DNA of 64,000 nucleotides from Arenicellales bacterium (GCA_965214785.1 OZ243975.1:1348914-1412913); one strand, 5' to 3'. Positions 9,807 to 17,659 are shown, counted from the stretch's first letter. Notes: a model not told the origin generated them from the sequence alone. Numbers and translations are program-made.

Positions 9807-11336
9807 TTAATCCCGCGGTCTTTTTTTTGCCTGATCGATATAGCAATCGATCTCCTCGATGACTTCGGGTTCTACATTCGGTGGCTGGTACTGTTCAAGC
9901 AGGCGCTGGTAAATATGATGCGCGCGGCCGGTGGCATCAACGGCTCCGTCTTCATACCAGGTTTCGAAATTTCTCCAGTCCGAAACGATTGGATTGTAGA
10001 ACTCTGTCGAATAGCGCTTCATTGTAGATGCCGCAGCAAAAAAGTGTCCGCCCGGTCCAACTTCCCGCATCGCTTCGATGCCCAGAGACTCTTCATTGAT
10101 TTCAACAGGCTTGAGCACTTCCATCATTCCCTGTAGCATTTCGGCATCGATAATAAATTTTTCAAACGATGCGCAAAGCCCGCCCTCAAGCCAGCCAAGT
10201 GCATGATGAATCAAATTGGCATGTCCCATCACTGAAGCCCAAATTGCCATTTGCGATTCATACACAGCTTGCGCATCAGGCGCGTTGGACGCATTGACGT
10301 TTGATGAACGATACGGCAATCCGTAACGGCGGGCAAACTGACCACCCATCAAGGTAGCCTTGACATATTCGGGCGTTCCGAACGCCGGTGAGCCGGTTTT
10401 CATATCGACATTAGAGGTAAATCCGCCATACATGACCGGAGCGCCGGGATTGACGATCTGCGCAAATGCAACCCCTGCCAAAGCCTCGGCGTTTTGCTGC
10501 GTGACAGCGCCCGCAAGCGTGATCGGTGCCATAGCACCGGCGAGTGTAAACGGCGTAATAATCACAACCTGGTTCATACGCGCCAGTTCAATTATTCCCC
10601 ATAGCATCGGGACATCGAACTGAAGCGGAGAGTTTACATTGATGATGGTAAACAAACTAGGCTGTTCAGCGAACTGTTCACGGCTAAGGCGACGTGCAAT
10701 TCGAGTTATTTCAATGGTATCCAAAACCCGGTCGCGGCCCAAGGCGTAGCAGCGAAAAATTTTGTCTGTTAGAGTGACATTTGCCCTGGCGGTATCGAGA
10801 TGGCGAGTTTTAGGGTTTAATTCAAGCGGCTCGACTGGATGACCGGATATGGCATGTGCCACATTCACAGTATGTGCAAGGCGAATGAAATTCGAGTAAT
10901 CCTCAAAATTTCCAGAGCGTCTACCGCGTACGATATCGCTGACATTCGGTGGACCTGCAACAGTCGAGAAAGCTAGCCACTTGTCACCGATTTGCAAACT
11001 GCGGTCAGGATTTCTTGCATGAACGGTAAATTGGCTAGGGGCTCGGCTGACCGCTTCTAAAATCAGGTTTCTGTCAAAACGCACTCGTGTTCCGTCAGGT
11101 TCGACATCTGCGCCTGCCTGTTTTAGAATTTCGCGCGCTTGAGGCAAAAGAAAATTAATCCCGATGGTTTCCAATACTTCCAGCGATGCATTGTGAATAC
11201 TTTCCACTTCATCTGCCGAGAGTATTTCCAAGGGACGATAAGGCGTGCGAACCTGCCCGAACGGCAGTTGCGCAATGCGTGCATCAGCCGGTGACGGGCG
11301 GCGAGTGCGTTTTTGTTTTCTGGCTCGGTCTGCCAT
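9807..11336 (-). CDS. MttB-family (trimethylamine methyltransferase superfamily) protein, non-pyrrolysine type
   Basis: 509 aa uninterrupted ORF with no in-frame TAG. Sequence is MttB-like throughout (e.g. ...INFLLPQAREILKQAGADV..., ...GGHFFAAASTM...). Confidence 0.85.
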   Translation of the reverse strand: MADRARKQKRTRRPSPADARIAQLPFGQVRTPYRPLEILSADEVESIHNASLEVLETIGINFLLPQAREILKQAGADVEPDGTRVRFDRNLILEAVSRAPSQFTVHARNPDRSLQIGDKWLAFSTVAGPPNVSDIVRGRRSGNFEDYSNFIRLAHTVNVAHAISGHPVEPLELNPKTRHLDTARANVTLTDKIFRCYALGRDRVLDTIEITRIARRLSREQFAEQPSLFTIINVNSPLQFDVPMLWGIIELARMNQVVIITPFTLAGAMAPITLAGAVTQQNAEALAGVAFAQIVNPGAPVMYGGFTSNVDMKTGSPAFGTPEYVKATLMGGQFARRYGLPYRSSNVNASNAPDAQAVYESQMAIWASVMGHANLIHHALGWLEGGLCASFEKFIIDAEMLQGMMEVLKPVEINEESLGIEAMREVGPGGHFFAAASTMKRYSTEFYNPIVSDWRNFETWYEDGAVDATGRAHHIYQRLLEQYQPPNVEPEVIEEIDCYIDQAKKRPRD

Positions 11337-11718
11337 GAATCAAGCTTCTATGTGGAATTGGCTGTACAACGTGTTCGCCAGGCGTTCGCGATCTTGATGA
11401 CTCAGATTTTGGATAAAAACCCGTTTGCAGTGAGCGTGCAGAAACGTTTTGTGAATGAAATTTATTGGGCGGATTATAGGTTTATTGGATAGCGAAAATT
11501 AACGAGTTCGCTGGCGTTACGGGTGCAGGTATCCAATAATTGGCGATGTGCCTTGTAATATTTAGCGCGAGTTAAACAAATCGTTTCCCGACCCACTTTT
11601 CTCAGTGTTGCCGTTTACATTCACTGATTGTGAATTTCGCTTTAAATATGTTAGATAAACTCTGTTGAACTGTGCTGAGTTTCTCAATTTAATTTCAACA
11701 ATATTTCCAAAGATTACC

Positions 11719-12334
11719 ATGAGTGAACAAGTCGTAGGAAACCGCATTGACCTTGGCTATACAAAACCGAAGGTCTGGCGTCGCGTTCAGTTGCCAATGT
11801 ACGTTTCGTTAGCCACACTGCATGATGTCTTTCAAGTTGCGTTTGACTAGTATGGAAGCCAAATGGCTGGTTTCAAAATTGGCACAGAATTCTATGTGGC
11901 GTCATTTGGTTGGGATATTACGATCCCAACGAGCCCAATGCAATTGAATTGAGTCTGCCGGATGTGACAAAAAAAGAACCAAGAGAATTCGTTGCATATA
12001 TGATTTTGAGGATAGTTGGGAACACTGGATAAATTTCGGAAAACCCGAGTTTATCAACACCGCGATGAAAGCGCCGAAACTTCTTGGTGGCACACGAAAC
12101 GCACCACTTGAGGATTCCGGAGGAATGTGGGTCTACGATGAGTATGTTGATTTGCTAAGTGACCCTGAGGAACTGAAAAATTATGAACTTGATGAATCCG
12201 ACCCAGTATCGTGGATGATAGAAAGGAAGTTCGATCCCGAAGCATTCGACCTAGTGCAAATGAATAAGGACTTGGAGAAAGTGACCTTGCGTGAACCATG
12301 GGTGCCAAGCGACGATGATCAATATGATGATTGA
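11719..12334 (+). pseudogene. decayed pRiA4b ORF-3-like (PF07929-type) gene
   Basis: Family-like pieces lie in three frames: KPKVWRRVQLPMYVSLATLHDVFQVAFD-TAG(11848)-YGSQMAGFKIG..., then ...IYDFEDSWEHWINFGKPEF..KAPKLLGGTRNAPLEDSGGMWVYDEY...FDPEAFDLVQMNKDL. At least one nonsense codon and frame changes are present, one of them at the A7 run 11969-11975. Confidence 0.7.
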
Positions 12335-12351
12335 GACTGAATATTTGCAAC

Positions 12352-12368
12352 TGAAATTTCGAATTTCA
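12352..12368. repeat. perfect 7-3-7 palindrome TGAAATT-TCG-AATTTCA, with further GAAATT/AATTTC copies at 12401-12408 and 12421-12429
   Basis: Read directly. Four copies of the hexamer fall within about 80 bp, 100-180 bp upstream of the 12529 gene. Possibly an operator; no function is known. Confidence 0.4.
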
Positions 12369-12528
12369 AAAGTTCAAACTTAGTGGTTTCATGACACAGT
12401 AATTTCAGTAAAATTAGCAATTGAAATTGATTGTTCGCATATTAGCGTTGCAAGTATAGACGAGTGATAGCACGGGTTGAGACCCGTGATTCAAATAACT
12501 AAGGGTTTGATTGCAAGGAGAAAAAGAA

Positions 12529-13086
12529 ATGAAAAAACTTATAAATGTATTTTTGAAAGGGGGGGGGGTAGTCCTCCTTGGCCTTGCCGGTGAAGCAATA
12601 GCTCAGAACAATTGCGCTCAGAGTGCAGAGAATCTGGCATTATTTAAGCCTTTCATCTGTGACGTGAGTCTGCCGGCAGGCGGAGAAACCCAGACATTGA
12701 CGTGGCGGTTGACTTTCACTGAACCGGTGGGCGGCGTCAGTTGGAACGATTTTTTAATAGAGGAGACGAACGAATTTGTCACGGGTCTGCCCGACGGCAC
12801 CCCTGCCCGCAGGTACGGCCTGGGAACAGTTTGGTTAGACTCCAATAAGATCAGCAGCACGGTGTATGACATCTCTATGAGGTGGGACTGTACGGCCTCC
12901 GACAATGACTGCTCACACAACGAGGATTTCGAACCGACGTATCAACAAGGCGCCAGAAATGATCGCTATGAAGGCGACGTGTCGCTGGAATTGGCGTCCG
13001 ATGCCGAATTTATTGAAATGCAAACGCCAGCTTCGCCCGCTACTCATCCCCACGCAGACACAACGACCACGGTTACTGTGTATTAA
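12529..13086 (+). CDS. secreted hypothetical protein (185 aa)
   Basis: AGGAG lies about 9 nt upstream of ATG 12529. The N-terminus MKKLINVFLKGGGVVLLGLAGEAIA-QNNC looks like a signal peptide with an AxA cleavage site. The mature part is Cys-containing and Thr/Asp-rich, and I do not recognise a family. Confidence 0.65.
   Translation: MKKLINVFLKGGGVVLLGLAGEAIAQNNCAQSAENLALFKPFICDVSLPAGGETQTLTWRLTFTEPVGGVSWNDFLIEETNEFVTGLPDGTPARRYGLGTVWLDSNKISSTVYDISMRWDCTASDNDCSHNEDFEPTYQQGARNDRYEGDVSLELASDAEFIEMQTPASPATHPHADTTTTVTVY
12559..12568 (+). repeat. homopolymeric G10 tract inside the signal-peptide coding region
   Basis: Read directly: aaa ggg ggg ggg gta, encoding K-G-G-G-V. Confidence 0.95.
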
Positions 13087-13125
13087 ACTAATCGCCGGTT
13101 GTTTCATGGTTCCGGGCGGGAGCTG

Positions 13126-13139
13126 GTACGCGCGCGTAC
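13126..13139. repeat. 14-bp perfect palindrome GTACGCGCGCGTAC between convergent genes
   Basis: Read directly. Lies 40 nt after the 13086 stop and 31 nt after the peptidase stop. It shares its CGCGCGCGTAC core with the hairpin at 13685-13718. Confidence 0.9.
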
Positions 13140-13170
13140 TAACATTGAAATGCCGTATTGTCGGCCTGGA

Positions 13171-13611
13171 CTAGAAAAAAGAAAGTTTCGCTACCAGCGC
13201 CACAATCGCGCTCGCTGCCAAGCCGGATCCAAATGGCTTGTGAGTGCGGTGCGGGTAAATGCCCAGCATGATCACTGCGCCGCCCACTGTCAGGATAGGA
13301 ACAGTTGGCCAGCCGAGCCGGGCACCGAGTGCCGCCATCATCTTTGCATCACCGAGTTTGATGCCACTTCGTGCGCGAAGTAGAATCTGCGAATCATGCA
13401 GCACTCTGAACGCCGCGTAACCAGCGAAACAGCCGATTAACGCCGATTCGAAGGTCACAAGCACTGCGTGAATATTCACCAGCAGTCCGGCAGCCACCAA
13501 AGGAAGGGTAAGACAGTCGGGCAGCCAATTGTACCGGTGATCAAGCGCGGCGAGAATTCCTGCAGGAATTGCGAATATGCAAAATAGCAACAGATAGTTC
13601 AGAGTCGACAA
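13171..13611 (-). CDS. minimal A24-family prepilin peptidase (TadV/CpaA-like, no methyltransferase domain)
   Basis: 146 aa polytopic membrane protein. Two Asp-containing motifs have the spacing expected for A24 aspartyl peptidases (AALDHRYNWLPD and KLGDAKMMAALG). The start is TTG. Confidence 0.7.
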   Translation of the reverse strand: MSTLNYLLLFCIFAIPAGILAALDHRYNWLPDCLTLPLVAAGLLVNIHAVLVTFESALIGCFAGYAAFRVLHDSQILLRARSGIKLGDAKMMAALGARLGWPTVPILTVGGAVIMLGIYPHRTHKPFGSGLAASAIVALVAKLSFF

Positions 13612-13684
13612 GTCAGTTAGCGCTTCAAGCAGGCGGTGTTACCCAAAGCAGCCTCAAGTACTAACTGAGTTATTTTGAGTTTTA

Positions 13685-13718
13685 CCTGGTTTTGGTCCGC
13701 GCGCGTACCAAAACCAGG
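13685..13718. repeat. 34-bp near-perfect palindrome/hairpin CCTGGTTTTGGTCCGCGCGCGTACCAAAACCAGG
   Basis: Read directly. A 12-bp outer stem plus a CGCGCGCG core with one mismatch, 74 nt upstream of the peptidase start. Confidence 0.9.
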
Positions 13719-13941
13719 AACACATACGTTAACAGCGCCTGGCACCGTTTTCGCACCAACCATCACAGTCGCCGCCGCTGGTCAGACAGCACTGTGTGTA
13801 GACGTTAAGCGTGCGACTCTCACACGCCAGTGTCGACAGATTTAGGATGTAGTATGTTGCGGATTTTTGTTCAGTGCGGGCCGTTTGCCATGCTTTGTTT
13901 AATCAGTCAAATTTACGGGTTGACCCGAATTGGCAACCCCG

Positions 13942-13993
13942 CGAAAATGTTTTGCTTTTCGCTCCGCGCTACGCTCAAAGCAAAACATTTTCG
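13942..13993. repeat. 14-bp perfect inverted repeat CGAAAATGTTTTGC / GCAAAACATTTTCG separated by 24 nt
   Basis: Read directly. It lies in an apparently non-coding stretch of about 870 bp (13612-14485). Confidence 0.9.
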
Positions 13994-14485
13994 AGTTAAC
14001 CTATATAGACTAAAAATAACATTGAAGTAATGAAAGGATAAAACTACCATTTAACTTGGTTTAAATGGTACAGGGGGCGTTTATGCGTCCTTTTTTTGTG
14101 TTGATTATTAAATACCCGAGTTTCGAAGTTCAATTTTGCAATCGTTATCGACACGCAGTTGGCGCGGATTTCGAATATCAACATACCCCAAGCATTGGGG
14201 AAAACATTCTTTCGTTCATGAGTGCGTCCACGGCGAACCTCAATCGCTTTGCGAATTGAGTTTCCAACCGAACTTGACAGCAGCACAACCATTGACCTCG
14301 CAGTAAGCCGCGCTCTTTGCGGTGAAAAAGCGGTGAACTCCAATTCTTGCTGTGGTACACTGTCGGCCGACGAGCTTCCCAGTTTGTGGTCGAACAACTG
14401 TTTGTTGTGACTTGAATATTTCCGTATACTCAGTTCACATTGTTTTCTTGAACAAAATTCGTATCAGCAACAAAAAATCAGGGCA

Positions 14486-16528
14486 ATGGATGTAAGTAAA
14501 GACCCGCTTTTACAGCCTTTCAAACTCAAACACTTGACTCTGCGCAATCGAATCATCAGCACGAGTCATGAACCGGCTTACTCCGAAGACTCGCTGCCCA
14601 AGCTGCGTTATCAGTTGTATCACGAGGAAAAAGCCAAAGGCGGCATCGCGTTGACTATGTTTGGCGGTTCCACCTTAGTTGACCGCGACTCACCACCGGC
14701 GTTTGGCAATCTATACGGCGGGTCTGATGAAATTGTGCCCTACTACAAGCAGTTGGCCCAATGCGTTCACAAACATGGCGCAGCATTGATGTGCCAAATT
14801 ACACATCTTGGACGCCGCACCTCTCCGTACGTAAATGACTGGCTGCCAATTGTAGCGGCTTCCTGTGTTCGAGAACCCGCACACCGTGGTTTTCCAAAGG
14901 AACTGGAACACGAAGACATTCAACGCATCGCCAAGGCCTACGGTGCCGCCGCAAGACGCTGTCTTGACGGCGATCTCGATGGTATTGAAATCGAAGCCTA
15001 CGGCCACCTTCTTGACGGATTCTGGTCGCCTCTGACCAATCGCCGCAGCGATGAATATGGCGGCACTTTGGACAACCGCTTGCGCTTTACACTGCAAGTG
15101 ATGAACCAAATTCGAAATCAGGTCGGCCGCGACTTCATTGTAGGCATTCGTATGGTGATCGACGAAGATCTACGCGGAGGTCTTGAGTATGAAGAGGGTA
15201 TGAAAATCGCCGAAATTCTAAGTGACACTGGGCACCTCGACTTTATCAACGTCATCAAAGGTCATGTAGACACGGACGAAGGGCTTTCTCACGTGATTCC
15301 CAATATGGGAACGCCTTCAGCACCACATTTGGAATTTACCGCATCTGTACGCTCAGCGTTGAAACTGCCGGTGTTTCACGCCGCCCGTATCTCAGATGTT
15401 GCAACCGCCCGCCACGCCATAGCCAGCGGCTGCGTGGACTTAATTGGCATGACGCGTGCACACATGGCAGACCCGCATATTGTGAACAAGATTCACCAGG
15501 GGCTGGAAGATCAAATCCGCCCATGCGTAGGAGCCGGCTACTGTATCGACCGAATATATGTTGGTCAAGAAGCACTTTGCATTCACAATCCTGCAACCGG
15601 CCGCGAGGAAACCATCGCTCACACAGTTACGCCTGCAAAGAAAGTGAAAAAAGTCGTAGTAGTCGGTGCCGGGCCTGCGGGACTTGAAGCTGCACGCGTT
15701 TGCGCCGAACGCGGTCACGATGTGATTTTGTTTGAAGCAGCAGATCAGCCAGGCGGGCAAGTCAACATCGCTGCACGCGTAGAAAGAAGAAGAGAAATCA
15801 TGGGGATTGTCGAGTGGCGCTACGCGCAGCTGCAGCGTCTTGCAGTCGACTCAAGGTTCAACATCTATGCGGATGCAGACGATATTTTGCAGGAATCCGC
15901 TGACGTAGTCATCATAGCAACCGGAGGAACACCGAATTGTTCTTTCTTGCAATACGGAGAAAATCTGGCGACCACTACTTGGGACATACTAGGGGCGATG
16001 ACCACACCGCATACCGACGTGCTGGTGTACGACGACAACGGTCAGCATCAGGCGATTTCGTGTGCGGAATTTATCGTGCACAAAGGATCAAAGGTGAAAC
16101 TTGTTACACCAGATCGAGCCATCGCCCAAGAAGTCGGTGGGACAAATTACCCAGCGTATCTGAAGCTTTTTTACGAAAAACAAGTTGAGACAATCGTCAA
16201 TCTGAGACTGATCGGAATTGAACAGCACACCGACGGCTTGGTGGCAGAATTCTTTAACGAATTCACACAATCGACCTGTCACATCAGTGCATCACAAATT
16301 GTTGTCGAACACGGCACCTTGCCTAATGACGAGATTTATTTTGCGCTCAAAGATGGCTCATCGAATCGGGGCATCACAAATATTGACGCACTGGTCAACC
16401 AAAAACCTCAGAATCAGATACTCAATGAACAAGGAACCTACCAGCTTTTTCGTGTAGGTGATGCGATTGCCTCTCGAAACATCCATTCTGCGGTCTATGA
16501 TTCACTGAGACTTTGCCAGCATATTTAA
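14486..16528 (+). CDS. NADH:flavin oxidoreductase of the OYE/2,4-dienoyl-CoA reductase class with C-terminal FAD/NAD(P) domain (N-methylproline/tertiary-amine demethylase-like)
   Basis: 680 aa. N-terminal TIM-barrel OYE region (LKNRIISTSHEP, QITHLGRR), a Cys cluster (RPCVGAGYCIDRIY..ALCIHNP) and a VVVVGAGPAGLEAA Rossmann motif. Size and architecture resemble StcD and TMA-dehydrogenase-type enzymes. Confidence 0.8.
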   Translation: MDVSKDPLLQPFKLKHLTLRNRIISTSHEPAYSEDSLPKLRYQLYHEEKAKGGIALTMFGGSTLVDRDSPPAFGNLYGGSDEIVPYYKQLAQCVHKHGAALMCQITHLGRRTSPYVNDWLPIVAASCVREPAHRGFPKELEHEDIQRIAKAYGAAARRCLDGDLDGIEIEAYGHLLDGFWSPLTNRRSDEYGGTLDNRLRFTLQVMNQIRNQVGRDFIVGIRMVIDEDLRGGLEYEEGMKIAEILSDTGHLDFINVIKGHVDTDEGLSHVIPNMGTPSAPHLEFTASVRSALKLPVFHAARISDVATARHAIASGCVDLIGMTRAHMADPHIVNKIHQGLEDQIRPCVGAGYCIDRIYVGQEALCIHNPATGREETIAHTVTPAKKVKKVVVVGAGPAGLEAARVCAERGHDVILFEAADQPGGQVNIAARVERRREIMGIVEWRYAQLQRLAVDSRFNIYADADDILQESADVVIIATGGTPNCSFLQYGENLATTTWDILGAMTTPHTDVLVYDDNGQHQAISCAEFIVHKGSKVKLVTPDRAIAQEVGGTNYPAYLKLFYEKQVETIVNLRLIGIEQHTDGLVAEFFNEFTQSTCHISASQIVVEHGTLPNDEIYFALKDGSSNRGITNIDALVNQKPQNQILNEQGTYQLFRVGDAIASRNIHSAVYDSLRLCQHI

Positions 16529-17659
16529 ATGTCTGCCAGACTACTCGATACCGTGATTATTGGCGGTGGCATTGCCGGTGCTTCGGTCGGTTGTTTTCTC
16601 ACCGAATCTGGGGCGAAGACCGCACTTTTCGAAATGGAAAGTTCCCTCGCCTACCACACTACCGGAAGAAGCGCAGCGTTGCTGACACCGTTTTACGGAC
16701 CAGACTCGATGCGGGCATTTGCAGCAATTGCATCCGATTTCTTTTACAACCCTCCTTTTGACGTCAGCAAACCACTGGTAACCCCCAAACATGTGCTGAG
16801 CATGGCGCGCCCGGACGACATCATGACAATCGAAAGACCGCCCGGCAGCCTTTGGTGGGATGAAAAAACACTATTGGATGAAGTGCCTTTCTTAAAATCG
16901 GGTTTATTTACCGGGACGGTGGTTGATACCGGTGTAGCTGCTATCGATGTGCATGAACTTCATTCGATGTATGTCCGCCAATTCAAAGCAAACAAAGGAG
17001 AAATTTTCCTCGATGCAAAGGTCAGCGAGATTCGCCAGACTCCATCGGGTATTTGGGAAATATGTGCAAACGGTGAAACATTTCAAACTCCGGTCATTGT
17101 CAATGCTGCTGGAGCCTGGGCAGATGAAATTGCCAGAACCGCTTCAATCCCCCCTGTCGGCCTGATACCCAAGCGAAGGACAGTTGTGGTACTCAACGAC
17201 AGTCATTTTGACAATGTCGATTTTGACTTGATCCATTTCGTTATCGCTGAACCTGACTATCTTTACTTTCAGAATTTCGGCAGCGGAAAACTTATGATGT
17301 CCCCGATTGATCAAACTCCAAGTATGCCTTGTGATGCGCAACCCGACGAATTTGACATGGCAATTACAGTCGCCCGCTTTGAACAAATCACAACTTTGAA
17401 AGTCAGAAATATTGACCACTGCTGGGCAGGACTTCGCACGTTCAGTGCGGACTCAGATCCGGTGATCGGCTTCGAACCAGGTGCAGAAGGCTTTTTCTGG
17501 CTCGCAGGTCAAGGCGGTTACGGCATATTTTCATCGCCAGCAATCGGCCAGTATGCAGCATCTGTGATTGCGAACAATGCCCTGCCAAGTCGTTTTGCCA
17601 AATCCGGTTTTCCGTTTGACTCGCTGTCTCCTAAACGGTTTCGCCTATTTGAGACTTAA
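16529..17659 (+). CDS. FAD-dependent oxidoreductase (DAO family)
   Basis: 376 aa. DTVIIGGGIAGASVG N-terminal dinucleotide fold. The ATG directly abuts the upstream stop (16526-16528). Confidence 0.8.
   Translation: MSARLLDTVIIGGGIAGASVGCFLTESGAKTALFEMESSLAYHTTGRSAALLTPFYGPDSMRAFAAIASDFFYNPPFDVSKPLVTPKHVLSMARPDDIMTIERPPGSLWWDEKTLLDEVPFLKSGLFTGTVVDTGVAAIDVHELHSMYVRQFKANKGEIFLDAKVSEIRQTPSGIWEICANGETFQTPVIVNAAGAWADEIARTASIPPVGLIPKRRTVVVLNDSHFDNVDFDLIHFVIAEPDYLYFQNFGSGKLMMSPIDQTPSMPCDAQPDEFDMAITVARFEQITTLKVRNIDHCWAGLRTFSADSDPVIGFEPGAEGFFWLAGQGGYGIFSSPAIGQYAASVIANNALPSRFAKSGFPFDSLSPKRFRLFET

Noticed and set aside
13617-13763. A 48-codon minus-strand ORF (MVGAKTVPGAVNVCVPGFGTRADQNQVKL...) ending 5 nt before the peptidase start; considered as a possible Flp-type pilin substrate.
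   Set aside because: It is not hydrophobic and has no G/A-x-x-x-E-Y type processing motif. The RBS is weak, and a third of it is simply the 34-bp palindrome read as codons.
13729-13905. Minus-strand frame ending in a Cys-rich peptide (..QCCLTSGGDCDGWCENGARRC-stop) upstream of the A24 peptidase, which looked like a possible small secreted or RiPP-like peptide.
   Set aside because: There is no ATG/GTG/TTG start between the upstream in-frame stop (about 13905) and the Cys-rich part, and no RBS. It cannot be supported as a gene from sequence alone.
13900-14000. The hairpin region considered as an integron attC site (GTTGAC... / ...GTTAAC ends).
   Set aside because: The terminal heptamers do not fit the RYYYAAC / GTTRRRY cores. 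There is no integrase gene and no cassette array.
14044-14397. A 117-aa minus-strand ORF (and overlapping 60-64 aa ORFs) divergent from the flavoprotein gene; considered as a possible regulator.
   Set aside because: No RBS, no HTH or other recognisable motif, and overlapping alternative ORFs of similar length in other frames. It is treated as non-coding until shown otherwise.
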